From the NCBI GenBank assembly GCA_041483195.1, contig JBGPFC010000003.1, positions 1 to 64,000 on the forward strand: DNA of 64,000 bases, in the 5' to 3' direction. The stretch comes from Candidatus Eiseniibacteriota bacterium. GTDB taxonomy: Bacteria > Eisenbacteria > RBG-16-71-46. The stretch's first letter is position 1; each line of letters starts with the position of its first letter. This document shows positions 9,346 to 19,862 of the stretch, piece after piece. The notes under the pieces are model-generated. The model did not search any database. It was not told where the DNA came from and saw nothing but the letters and a program-made list of their open reading frames with translations. The position numbers and the translations under genes were made by a program.

Positions 9346-10548
9346 TCAGGCCCCGGGCGGGGAGAGCGCGGCCCCGGACGGAATCCCGGGCAGCGGGGTC
9401 GGCCCCGCCGCGGGCTCGAACGTCACGTCGGTCGGCCGTCCGCCCATGCGCGAGAGGAGGATCGCGCCCGTCCCGATCGTCGAGAGGCAGAAGAGGAGCA
9501 GCATCCCCAGCAGGAAGAAGAACAGCGCAGCCGTGCGCGAGAAGCCGGGCGGCACCGCGAGGACGGCGCTGACCGCGAAGAACGACGCCACGAAGAGCGA
9601 GCCCGCCAGGATCGGCATCATCGGCCCGCCCTGGCCCAGCCGGCGCCGCAGCAGCCGGCTCCCGAGCGTCATGGTGGCGGCGATCTGCCCCACCCACCCG
9701 CCGACCGCGTAGAGCAGGGGTAGCGCGAACGAGAGCGGCATCCCGATCACGGTGATGAAGAGCAGCATGGCCGCGATGAGCATGAGGGGCGCGGACACCA
9801 GCCCGAGGAAGAACGACGCCGTCGCACGGCGCGATGCGGTGACCGCGACGCGCAGCAGTCGCTCCCGGAACAGCAGGCTCGCGAGCCACGCCACGAAGAG
9901 CGACAGCAGCCAGCCGATCAGCACGCCGAGCAGCAGCACCGGCACGGTGGGGATGCCCCAGGCGATCGGGAAGAAGCCGAGTGAGACGCTCTCGCCGCCG
10001 ACGGTGGCTCCCTTCGGCTGGTCGAGCACCCCCCCGATCGCGACCACGTTGCCGTCCACGGTGGCCGCGGGACCGAGCCGGACCGAGCCGAAGACGGCGA
10101 CGACATCGCCCGAGACGCTTCCATCCACCATCGCCGATCCGAACACGGCGACCACGTCACCCTCGAGGCGCTCGCCCGCGGGCACCTCGGCATCGGCGAA
10201 GACCCGCACAAGTCCCGCATCGCCGGCATTGACGACCACGCCCGGGCCGACCACGCGGACATGGCCTCCGGCCCAGCTGCTGTCGCCCGCCCCGCGTCGG
10301 ATGCGCACGCGGGGATGGGTGGGATCCGAGTCGATCTTCACGTCGATGCTCCCGAGCGCGTGATCGCTCTTCCCGTTCCTGACGTGAACGCCGCTCTCGT
10401 CCATGGTGATCGACTTCACCACCCGAACGCTGTCCCGCCGCGCCGCGGCGGCCGCCCCGGCGACCCCGACGAGCGCGACGGCGATCAGTGCCCAGCGATG
10501 GAGGCCGCGCGCGCGCACGCGAAGGCTAGAACCCCAGGACGCTGACAT
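9346..10548 (-). CDS. Membrane protein with bactofilin-like (polymer-forming) beta-repeats and a multi-TM C-terminus
   Basis: Repeats GDVVAVFGS, GDVVAVFGS and GNVVAIGG followed by several hydrophobic helices. Confidence 0.7.
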   Translation of the reverse strand: MSASWGSSLRVRARGLHRWALIAVALVGVAGAAAAARRDSVRVVKSITMDESGVHVRNGKSDHALGSIDVKIDSDPTHPRVRIRRGAGDSSWAGGHVRVVGPGVVVNAGDAGLVRVFADAEVPAGERLEGDVVAVFGSAMVDGSVSGDVVAVFGSVRLGPAATVDGNVVAIGGVLDQPKGATVGGESVSLGFFPIAWGIPTVPVLLLGVLIGWLLSLFVAWLASLLFRERLLRVAVTASRRATASFFLGLVSAPLMLIAAMLLFITVIGMPLSFALPLLYAVGGWVGQIAATMTLGSRLLRRRLGQGGPMMPILAGSLFVASFFAVSAVLAVPPGFSRTAALFFFLLGMLLLFCLSTIGTGAILLSRMGGRPTDVTFEPAAGPTPLPGIPSGAALSPPGA

Positions 10549-11149
10549 GATGGCCCCCCCTCCCGGCGCCGGCCTTCCGCGGCCGCATCCACCAGAGCAC
10601 GACGGCGCATGCGGCGACCGCGATCGAAAGCGGGACGGTGACCGCCGGCTGGGAGAACAGCACCGCGAGCGCGCGCCCGATCGGGGCGAGACGTTCTCCC
10701 ACGGACGCCAGCAGCCGCTCGCCGCCGGCGAAGCTCAGCACGGTGAAGCTGAGGGCATTGAGGCCGAACATCATGGCCTGCGCGAGGCGGCGGGACAGCC
10801 CGGCCGAGAGGGACTCGAGGAGCGCGCGCGAGGCGGGATGGGTGACGAGCGACAGCATGCCCGCGACCGAGAGCGCGAGCACGGTCGCATAGCCCAGCCC
10901 CAGCGTGCGCACCCAGCGCCGCCGCACGCGCGACGGCAGCACGCGATCCAGCACGCGCGCCGTGAGCGCCGGACCGGGATCCCAGGTCGGGAGCTTCTCG
11001 AGCGAGAGGAACACCCTCCGATAGAGCGCGAGGTCGCGAGCGCAGCGCTCGCAGCTTCCAACGTGCTCGCGCACGAGCAACGCCTGGCCCGGCGGCAGAA
11101 CGCCGTCGAGGAAGTCCTGGATGCGCTCGGATTCGGGACAGGTCGTCAT
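10526..11149 (-). CDS. Zinc-finger (zf-HC2) anti-sigma factor
   Basis: N-terminal Cys plus HVGSCERC (HxxxCxxC); TM segments; overlaps the sigma gene. Confidence 0.85.
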   Translation of the reverse strand: MTTCPESERIQDFLDGVLPPGQALLVREHVGSCERCARDLALYRRVFLSLEKLPTWDPGPALTARVLDRVLPSRVRRRWVRTLGLGYATVLALSVAGMLSLVTHPASRALLESLSAGLSRRLAQAMMFGLNALSFTVLSFAGGERLLASVGERLAPIGRALAVLFSQPAVTVPLSIAVAACAVVLWWMRPRKAGAGRGGHHVSVLGF

Positions 11150-11718
11150 GACGGTTCGCCTTCGATCGCCCGCTTGAGCAGGGCGCGTGCCCGGTGGATC
11201 CGCGCCTTCACCGTGCCGAGCGGAAGCTTCAGAGCGTCGGCGATCTCCTCGTAGGAGAGGTCCTGCTGGTGCCTCAAGATGACCACGATCCGATAGTGAG
11301 GCGGCAGCGAGTCGATCAACTCGCGGGCGCGTCGCTCCTCTTCGAGATTCGAGGTTTCCTCATCCGGGCGAAGGCCCGGATCGACGACCTCGATCGTCCG
11401 TTCTTCCTGGGTCTCCGGATCGCGGCGGGACAGCGAGATCGGACCGCGCCGGCGTCGTCGCAGGAGGTCGATGCAGAGCCTCGAGGTGATGGTGAAGAGC
11501 CACGCGGCGAAGGGTCGTGCGGGATCGTAGCGATCGAGGGCGCGGAACACGCGGACGAACGTCTCCTGCGTGACATCTTCCGCGTCCTCGACCCTGCGGA
11601 GCATCCGCAGGGCCACCGAGTAGACTTGCCGCTGGTACAGTTGCAGCAGATCACGGTAGGCCTTCTCGTCGCCCGCCAGACACCTTCGAAGGATCTCGGC
11701 ATCTTCCCCGTTACCCAC
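11146..11718 (-). CDS. ECF RNA polymerase sigma factor (SigW/RpoE-like)
   Basis: DAEDVTQETF, FAAWLFTI and LSYEEIADALKLPLGTVKARIHRAR. Confidence 0.93.
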   Translation of the reverse strand: MGNGEDAEILRRCLAGDEKAYRDLLQLYQRQVYSVALRMLRRVEDAEDVTQETFVRVFRALDRYDPARPFAAWLFTITSRLCIDLLRRRRRGPISLSRRDPETQEERTIEVVDPGLRPDEETSNLEEERRARELIDSLPPHYRIVVILRHQQDLSYEEIADALKLPLGTVKARIHRARALLKRAIEGEPS

Positions 11719-11739
11719 ACCCGAGCCTTCAGGGCCGCC

Positions 11740-11766
11740 TACGGGCGCCTGGACGCGAAAGTTTCA
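11740..11766 (-). promoter_or_regulatory. SigW-like ECF promoter, probably autoregulatory
   Basis: TGAAAC-N17-CGTA directly upstream of the ECF sigma gene. Confidence 0.6.
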
Positions 11767-11914
11767 TGGGGCCGCACATTAGGCGGGGGTCTTGGGCCGG
11801 TCAAGAGAGGGCAAAATGCACGACGAATGGACGCGCGGGCGCGTGAAGCACGCGGGTCCCCGACCTCCCGGCGCCGCCTGCGCCGCCCGGAGGCGAGGCC
11901 ATCGGCGCGAGCGC

Positions 11915-13245
<1,331 letters not shown>

Positions 13246-13329
13246 CCCCGGCCCCGTGGGAGCATGGACGCCCCACGGCGCAGGATCGCGACCCCGCCGC
13301 GCGTCGGCTCGGGAAAGGACAGGGAGGTC

Positions 13330-13692
13330 ATGCGCGACATCGGCGTGCGCATCCAGAAGTACCGGCTCAGCCGCTACGCCTCTCCTCAGAGCGTGTTTCG
13401 CCGCCGACTCCGCTGGGTGTGGATCGTGGCGGCGATCTGGCTCGCGTGGGCGGGCCTGCTGAGCGAGCACAGCTACTACCGCATCTGGCGCCTCGATCGC
13501 GAGAAGGCGGGTGCGGCCCGCGAGCTGGAGCGAGTGCGTTCCGAGATCGCGCGGCTCGATGCCGAGCTGCAGGACCCCGAGGCCGGAAGGATGCGCGCCG
13601 AGCGCTGGCTGCGCGAGCGCGACGGCATGGCGCGGCCCAAGGAGATCGTCTATCGCATCCGGAGCGGAATCCCGGACAGCCTGTCGCGCTGA
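13330..13692 (+). CDS. ftsB: Septum formation initiator FtsB/DivIC family
   Basis: GGAGG-ATG start; TM helix, coiled coil and GMARPKEIVY; conserved eno-ftsB synteny. Confidence 0.75.
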   Translation: MRDIGVRIQKYRLSRYASPQSVFRRRLRWVWIVAAIWLAWAGLLSEHSYYRIWRLDREKAGAARELERVRSEIARLDAELQDPEAGRMRAERWLRERDGMARPKEIVYRIRSGIPDSLSR

Positions 13693-13740
13693 GCGAGGCG
13701 CCGCGGCAGCCACCCGGGCTCGCCCGGGTGGTGAGCACCC

Positions 13741-14511
13741 TCAGAATCCGTAGGCCAGCGCCATCCGCGCTCCGACGCCGCTCACGTCCAGCCTGAACGG
13801 CGCCCCGTCGGGCGCGAGCACGGGCTGATGCGTCGTGCGGTCCAGCATGCCCGCGATCTTGGAGTCACGGTAGACCGCGCCCAGGAGCACGGAGTAGCGG
13901 ACCGCGAAGAACATGTGGACGCCGGCTTCGAGATAGAACCCCGGGCCGTCGCCCGTGTACGCGGCCTCGGTCCAGCGTCTCAGCGAGCGCGAGGAGTCCG
14001 ATACGGACTCGAAACGCTGGAACTGGACGCGGTTGTTGACCAGGCTGAGGAAGCCGCCGCCGAGGTAGGCGCGGGCCTGGAAGTCGCCCTGGTTATAGGC
14101 CTGAAGGTAGTACGCGGCACCGACGTGAACCGGCACCGACAGGATCTCCGCCCGGAGCTGGATGTCCTCCTGGAGCGCCGGAAGATACTCGCGCGTGGTC
14201 TGATTCCTGATCTGTCCCGTGCCCGCCACGAGCGCGAGATTGGGCCGAACCAGGAAGCGCAGCTCGGCCTGGTAGTACCACGCATAGGTGATTCGAGGAA
14301 CGCTTTCCAGCCCGCGTGGCTGCAGGAAGGCGCGATTGCGAAAATCGAGCTCTTCGTTGAAATCGCCGCCGGTCACCTGCGTGGGGATGACCGAGAGAAC
14401 GAGATTGAGGCGATGCACCTCCGCCGCCCCGCGCGCCTGGCGGGCGCCGGCGGCGAGCACCAGCAGTCCGGCCAGCATCAGCGGGGCTGCGAGCCGAATT
14501 CGATTCAACAC
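13741..14511 (-). CDS. Putative outer-membrane beta-barrel protein
   Basis: GGAGG upstream of GTG/TTG; signal peptide; amphipathic strands; C-terminal ALAYGF. Confidence 0.6.
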   Translation of the reverse strand: MLNRIRLAAPLMLAGLLVLAAGARQARGAAEVHRLNLVLSVIPTQVTGGDFNEELDFRNRAFLQPRGLESVPRITYAWYYQAELRFLVRPNLALVAGTGQIRNQTTREYLPALQEDIQLRAEILSVPVHVGAAYYLQAYNQGDFQARAYLGGGFLSLVNNRVQFQRFESVSDSSRSLRRWTEAAYTGDGPGFYLEAGVHMFFAVRYSVLLGAVYRDSKIAGMLDRTTHQPVLAPDGAPFRLDVSGVGARMALAYGF

Positions 14512-14698
14512 TGCCTCCGTGCGGATGATCCGTCCCGGTGCGGGGTCCCGATTCCGGTCAAGGCCGCGGAGAATATCGACCGCCGCCCGCTCACGCAACA
14601 CCCGAGGACGAGCTGCCCGGCAGAAGCGAGCGAATCGCGCCCCGGAGAGGATCCGGACGGCTGCTCCCCCCTGCGAGGATCGGGCCCGGCCGGTGCGC

Positions 14699-14727
14699 TT
14701 GACAGCGGAGCGGCCGGCGCGTAGCTT
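14699..14727 (+). promoter_or_regulatory. sigma70 promoter of tRNA-Met
   Basis: TTGACA-N17-TAGCTT. Confidence 0.65.
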
Positions 14728-14739
14728 TCATGCGCTTGA

Positions 14740-14816
<77 letters not shown>

Positions 14817-14819
14817 ACT

Positions 14820-14849
14820 GAGCCCCGGAGTCCTCGGACTCCGGGGCTC
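14820..14849. terminator. Strong hairpin after the tRNA, possibly bidirectional terminator
   Basis: Perfect 14-bp inverted repeat GAGCCCCGGAGTCC-TC-GGACTCCGGGGCTC between convergent genes. Confidence 0.7.
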
Positions 14850-14960
14850 GACCATTTCCGGGCGCCTCTCAGGCTCCGGCGCGAATCCCCGCGACCGCAT
14901 CATCCTCGGTCCTCTCGGGCACGCGATCGCGCTCGACGCGCGGCCGAGGGCCCTCCCCGC

Positions 14961-15272
14961 CTACCAGTGCCCGAACAGCTTCAGCAGGGCGAGGATCACG
15001 AGCGTGGCGATGACCATGGGCACGATGAACAACCACGAGAAGATCCGGTGGTCGAACTTGAGGTGCATGTAGAACATCGCCACGAGCGAGAACTTGACCG
15101 CCGAGAGCGTGAGGAGCGACGGCACGAGCACGGGTTTCATGGACGGAATGTAGAAGATCGCGACCTCGATCGCCGTCAGGACGGTGAGAACGGTGGCGAT
15201 CGCGAGGTACTCCTTCGCGCCCGGATGCGGGCGCTCGTGCGACGGCCCGTGGCCTTCGGTGTGATCCGCCAT
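14961..15272 (-). CDS. ctaF: Cytochrome c oxidase subunit IV family
   Basis: MADHTEGH...LTAIEV...KFSLVAMFYMHLKFD, three TM helices. Confidence 0.85.
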   Translation of the reverse strand: MADHTEGHGPSHERPHPGAKEYLAIATVLTVLTAIEVAIFYIPSMKPVLVPSLLTLSAVKFSLVAMFYMHLKFDHRIFSWLFIVPMVIATLVILALLKLFGHW

Positions 15273-15283
15273 GAGTGGCTCCC

Positions 15284-15889
15284 CTACTGAATCAGGTAGA
15301 TCAGGGTGAAGATCGCGATCCAGACCACGTCGACGAAGTGCCAGTAGAGCCCGGCGATCTCCACGTCGAGCGCGCGCTCCCTGGGCAGCTTGTTGCGCGC
15401 GGCCATGGCGAACAGCGTCCACAGCCAGATCACGCCGATCGTGACGTGCGTCCCGTGGAACCCCGTGAGCACGAAGAACGTGCAGCCGAACAGATTGCTC
15501 TGAAGCTTGAGCCCTTCGTAGACGAACTGGGTGAACTCGTAGCACTGCCCGGCGAGGAACGTCATCCCCAGCAGAGCGGTCGCCGCGAGCCACGTCCGCG
15601 CCCCGCGCGTGTTGCCGCGCTGCACCGCCGCCAGGGCCAGCACCATCGTGAGACTGCTCATGAGCAGCACGAAGGCGCTCACCGAGGTGAAGGGAATGTT
15701 GAGGATTTCCTGCGGATGCGGGCCGGCCTGGTCGCGTCCGCGGTAGACCAGATAGGTCGAGATGAGCGAGCCGAAGAACATGCACTCCGAGCCCAGGAAT
15801 GCCCAGAAGAGCATCTTGCGGCTGTTGAGCCCGGTGCTCGTGGCGTGCGCCTCGTGGGCGCCGGTCTGCGCGATGCTGGCGACAGCCAA
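15284..15889 (-). CDS. ctaE: Cytochrome c oxidase subunit III
   Basis: TTG start with GGAGG; FLGSECMFF, LTGFHGTHV and YWHFVDVVW. Confidence 0.92.
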   Translation of the reverse strand: MAVASIAQTGAHEAHATSTGLNSRKMLFWAFLGSECMFFGSLISTYLVYRGRDQAGPHPQEILNIPFTSVSAFVLLMSSLTMVLALAAVQRGNTRGARTWLAATALLGMTFLAGQCYEFTQFVYEGLKLQSNLFGCTFFVLTGFHGTHVTIGVIWLWTLFAMAARNKLPRERALDVEIAGLYWHFVDVVWIAIFTLIYLIQ

Positions 15890-15906
15890 GTCAGCGTCCT
15901 CCGTGC

Positions 15907-17712
15907 TCAGGTGCAGGGCTCGAAGGCCCACGAGAACAGGCCCACGAGGGTGATGAGAAGCCCGGGGATTCCGAACCACCAGCCCAGGATCATCCCGCTC
16001 ATCATCAGCGTGATGCCGAACGCGCTCACCATGGGCCAGTACGAGGGGGGCGGCATGTGGATGTGTCCGCGCACCTGGTTCGAGGCGAGCGCCGCCTCGC
16101 GGCTCTCCTTGTGCCACAGCGGATCGAGGCTCCCGACGTGGGGAATGCTCCCGAAATTGTGCGGCGGCGGCGGCGAGGGAATCGCCCACTCGAGCGTCGG
16201 GCCACCCCACGGGTCGTTGCCCGCGGGCTTCCCGCCCCGCGCGCTCGACAACATGTTCCAGATGAACACGAGCAGCGCGGGCGCGAGCAGCAGGGCGCCG
16301 ATCGTGGACATGAGATTCATCTCGTTGAATCCCATGTTCGCGGCGTAGGTGTACACCCGCCGCGGCATGCCGAGCAGCCCCACGAAGTGCATCGGGAAGA
16401 ACGTGAGGTTCATCGCGAACATCATGCTCCAGAAGTGGATCTTGCCGAGGCGCTCGTCGAGCAGCCGCCCGGTCACCTTGGGGAACCAGTAGTAGATCCC
16501 CGCGAAGATGCCCATGATGGCTCCGCCGAAGAGCACGTAGTGAATGTGCGCGACGACGAAATAGGTGTCGGTCTGCTGCAGGTCGGCGGGCGGCGAGGCG
16601 TGCATGAAGCCCGAGAGGCCGCCCATCGTGAACATCGCGATGAAGCCGAGCGCGAACAGCATGGCGGTCTTGAGCTCGACGCGGCCGCCCCAGATCGTGG
16701 CGATCCAGTTGAAGATCTTCACCCCGGTGGGGATCGCGATCAGCATCGTCGTGAGCGCGAAGAACGAGTCGGCGAGCGGTCCGAGTCCGACCGAGAACAT
16801 GTGATGGCTCCACACGCCCCATCCCATGAAGCCGATGAAGATCCCCGAGTAGACCACGACCGGGTAGCCGAACAGCGGCTTGCGGGAGAACGTGGGCAGC
16901 ACTTCGGACACGATGCCCATCGCCGGCAGGATCAGGATGTAGACCTCGGGGTGGCCGAACAGCCAGAACAGGTGCTGCCACAGCAGCGGGTCGGCGCCGT
17001 TGGCGGGCACGTAGAAGTTGGTGCCGGTGAAACGGTCGAACAGCAGGTAGGTGAGCGCGATCGTGATGACCGGGAAGGCGAGGATGATGAGGAACGAGGT
17101 CACCAGCGTCATCCAGCAGAACACCGGCATGCGCATCAGCTTCATGCCCGGCGCGCGCATGTTGAGGATGGTCACGATGAAGTTGAATGCTGCCGCCAGC
17201 GAGGCGATGCCCAGGATCTGCAGGCCCACCGCCCAGAAATCCACGCCGTGTCCGGGCGCGTACTGGGTGGAGGTCAGGTTCGAATAGCCGAACCACCCGG
17301 TGTTCGGAGCGCCGCCCAGGAAGAAGCTCAGGTTCAGGAAGATCGCGCCCAGCACGAACACCCAGTAGCTGAACGCGTTCAGCCGCGGAAAGGCGACGTC
17401 GCGGGCGCCGATCTGGAGCGGAACGATGAAGTTGAAGAAGCTCGCCGAGAGCGGCATCACCCCGAGGAAGATCATCGTGGTGCCGTGCATGGTGAACAGC
17501 TGGTTGAAGACGTCGGGGCTCACGAGCGTGTTTTCCGGCTTCATGAGCTGGAGCCGCATGACGAGCGCCTCGAGCCCGCCGATCAGGAAGAAGAAGAAGG
17601 CGGTGGTTCCGTACAGCACGCCGATCCGCTTGTGATCGACGGTCGTCAGCCAGCTCCACAGCCCCGACTCACTGTGCGCGGGGGCGTGAACGGCAGCTGC
17701 GGTGGTGGCCAT
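15907..17712 (-). CDS. ctaD: Cytochrome c oxidase subunit I (type A1)
   Basis: DHKRIG, TMHGTTMIF, WLFGHPEVY, VWSHHMF, VVAHIHY and GMPRRVY. Confidence 0.97.
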   Translation of the reverse strand: MATTAAAVHAPAHSESGLWSWLTTVDHKRIGVLYGTTAFFFFLIGGLEALVMRLQLMKPENTLVSPDVFNQLFTMHGTTMIFLGVMPLSASFFNFIVPLQIGARDVAFPRLNAFSYWVFVLGAIFLNLSFFLGGAPNTGWFGYSNLTSTQYAPGHGVDFWAVGLQILGIASLAAAFNFIVTILNMRAPGMKLMRMPVFCWMTLVTSFLIILAFPVITIALTYLLFDRFTGTNFYVPANGADPLLWQHLFWLFGHPEVYILILPAMGIVSEVLPTFSRKPLFGYPVVVYSGIFIGFMGWGVWSHHMFSVGLGPLADSFFALTTMLIAIPTGVKIFNWIATIWGGRVELKTAMLFALGFIAMFTMGGLSGFMHASPPADLQQTDTYFVVAHIHYVLFGGAIMGIFAGIYYWFPKVTGRLLDERLGKIHFWSMMFAMNLTFFPMHFVGLLGMPRRVYTYAANMGFNEMNLMSTIGALLLAPALLVFIWNMLSSARGGKPAGNDPWGGPTLEWAIPSPPPPHNFGSIPHVGSLDPLWHKESREAALASNQVRGHIHMPPPSYWPMVSAFGITLMMSGMILGWWFGIPGLLITLVGLFSWAFEPCT

Positions 17713-17744
17713 GATCCTTCCTTTCGACTCGTTCCCTGGTGTCC

Positions 17745-18767
17745 CTACTTCAAGCTCTGGAGATACGCGACCAGCGCGTCGACCTGGTCGGGCGGCAATC
17801 CGAGATTCAGCATCAGCGTGCCGGGTTTTTCCTTGTCCGGCTGCGCGATCCACTTCGCGAGATGCGGCGCGTCGTTCGGAAACATCGAGCCGGCGATCGA
17901 AGTGCGGCTTCCGATGTGCGTCAGGTTGGGACCGATGATGCCCGCCGAGATCCCGTCGATGGTGTGGCAGCCGATGCATGCGCTCTGCGCGAACAGGGCC
18001 CGGCCGTGCCCCGCGAGCGTGGAGGTGTCGGGCTCGGCCGGCGGCTTTTTCTGTTGCGCCGCCCAGGCTTCGAACGCGTCGGGCGGCTCGACGAACAGCT
18101 TCATGCGCATGTTCGCGTGCGAGACGCCGCACAGCTCGGCGCACTGTCCCGGAAACGTGCCGACGCTGTCGGGCGTGAACCACATGTGGTTGACGTGGCC
18201 GGGAACCGCGTCACGCTTGCCGCCGATCGCGGGGAACCAGAAGCTGTGGATGACGTCTGCGCTCTCGATGTTCACGGCGATCGCGCGATGGAGCGGCACG
18301 TGCATCTCGCTGCCGGTCGTGATCCCCAGCTCCGGATACTGAAATTCCCACCACCACTGGTGGCCCACGACCCTCACCTGGAGCGCGCCCGGCGGCGGCG
18401 CGCCCTGGGTCTTCCAGATGGTGAGCACGGTCGGCACCGCGACGAAGGCCAGGATCAGGGCGGGCGCGATCGTCCAGCCGATCTCGAGCGCCGTGTTGCC
18501 GTGCACCGGCTTGGGGTCGGGCGCGCCGGGACGCGCGCGGAAGCGGATCACCGTGTACACCAGCAGCCCCTCGACGATCACGAAGATCACCACCACCCAG
18601 AACACCAGCTTCTCGAGCAGCGACTGGATCGCGCTGGCGTAGTCCGACTGTGGATTGAGCGAGCTCTGCGGGTATTCCCGGAGGGTGCAGCCGGCGATCA
18701 CCAGCGGCAGCAGCGCGATGCACAGCGCTGCGAGGCGCAGGAGCAGGCGTCGAGGCCTCTGGGCCAT
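17745..18767 (-). CDS. ctaC: Cytochrome c oxidase subunit II with fused cytochrome c (caa3-type)
   Basis: Lipobox LVIAGC; CuA ligands DVIHSF and CAELCGVSHANM; heme c motif CIGCH. Confidence 0.95.
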   Translation of the reverse strand: MAQRPRRLLLRLAALCIALLPLVIAGCTLREYPQSSLNPQSDYASAIQSLLEKLVFWVVVIFVIVEGLLVYTVIRFRARPGAPDPKPVHGNTALEIGWTIAPALILAFVAVPTVLTIWKTQGAPPPGALQVRVVGHQWWWEFQYPELGITTGSEMHVPLHRAIAVNIESADVIHSFWFPAIGGKRDAVPGHVNHMWFTPDSVGTFPGQCAELCGVSHANMRMKLFVEPPDAFEAWAAQQKKPPAEPDTSTLAGHGRALFAQSACIGCHTIDGISAGIIGPNLTHIGSRTSIAGSMFPNDAPHLAKWIAQPDKEKPGTLMLNLGLPPDQVDALVAYLQSLK

Positions 18768-18833
18768 GGACTCCCCTGTGGGGTTCAGGTGACTCGGGGA
18801 CGGAAGCAAACGATTGGGAAAAAGTCGCGCGGG

Positions 18834-18862
18834 AACCTACCACGCGCGCCCTCAGGAGTGAA
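18834..18862 (-). promoter_or_regulatory. Putative sigma70 promoter of the oxidase structural genes
   Basis: TTCACT-N17-TAGGTT with extended TG. Confidence 0.45.
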
Positions 18863-18947
18863 GATCGGAATACCCGGCCCGCGCGGCTTTCGCCGGGCGG
18901 TCACGTCGCCGCGCGCATTCTCCCGTGCCGCGCGCTCAACTCGCCGC

Positions 18948-19862
18948 TCATCGGCCCGCGCCGCGCGACACCATGCCCACCATTGCGTCCACCGTGAGCG
19001 CCATGTGGAGCAGGAACAGGTAGAGGATCGAGAAGCGAAACAGCGGCATCGCATGCGCGTCGCTCGCCGATCGCCACAGGCGGGCCGCGAGCCCGATGAA
19101 CGCCGCGCCCAGCGCGGCCGCCGCCACACCGTACGTCCAGCCCGCGACGCCGAGCGGCACCAGCGAGAGCGTGATCGGCACCAGCACCAGCGTGTAGAGC
19201 AGGATCTGGCGCCGGGTCTCGGCCGCGCCGTGCGTGACCGGCAGCATCGGCACGTGCGCGTGCGCGTAGTCTTCGCGGCGGTAGAGGGCGAGCGCCCAGA
19301 AGTGCGGCGGCGTCCACAGGAACACGATGCTCGCGAGCAGCACGGCCGGCACGCTCAGGCCGCCGGTGACCGCCGCCCACGCGATGAGCGGTGCGGAGGC
19401 GCCGGCCCCGCCGCCGATCACGATGTTCTGCGGCGTCCGCCGCTTGAGCCACACCGTGTAGATGACGGCGTAGTAGAAGATCGAACCGAGCGCGATCGCG
19501 CCCGCCAGGATGTTGGTGAAGGTGAGGAGCGTCACCCACGAGAACCCCGCGAGCACGAAGCCGAGCCCCAGCGCGCTCGAAGGCGGCAGCACGCCCGCCG
19601 GCAGCGGGCGACTCGCGGTACGGCCCATCAGGCCGTCGATGTCGCGGTCGAAGTACATGTTGAAGCTCGCGGCCGAGGCGGCGGCCATCATGGTGCCGAG
19701 CAGCGCGCCGAAGAACACGGTGGGCGCCGGCATCCCGCGCGCGGCGATCAGCAGCGCCGGAATGCCGGTGATCACCACCAGCGAAACGATGCGCGGCTTG
19801 GTGAGCTCGAGGTAGGCGAGCGCGATGCGCCTCGCCGAGGGCTGCGCGATCGCGATGCTCAC
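18948..19862 (-). CDS. ctaB: Protoheme IX farnesyltransferase (heme O synthase)
   Basis: ELTKPRI, DRDIDGLMGRTASRPLP, LKRRTPQNIVIGG and WTPPHFWAL. Confidence 0.95.
   Translation of the reverse strand: MSIAIAQPSARRIALAYLELTKPRIVSLVVITGIPALLIAARGMPAPTVFFGALLGTMMAAASAASFNMYFDRDIDGLMGRTASRPLPAGVLPPSSALGLGFVLAGFSWVTLLTFTNILAGAIALGSIFYYAVIYTVWLKRRTPQNIVIGGGAGASAPLIAWAAVTGGLSVPAVLLASIVFLWTPPHFWALALYRREDYAHAHVPMLPVTHGAAETRRQILLYTLVLVPITLSLVPLGVAGWTYGVAAAALGAAFIGLAARLWRSASDAHAMPLFRFSILYLFLLHMALTVDAMVGMVSRGAGR

Noticed and set aside
14961..18183. Apparent long fusions of oxidase subunits in the ORF track (274, 791 and 758 aa)
   Set aside because: The N-terminal extensions are off-frame overlaps with neighbouring genes; the real starts are at 15272, 15889 and 17712.
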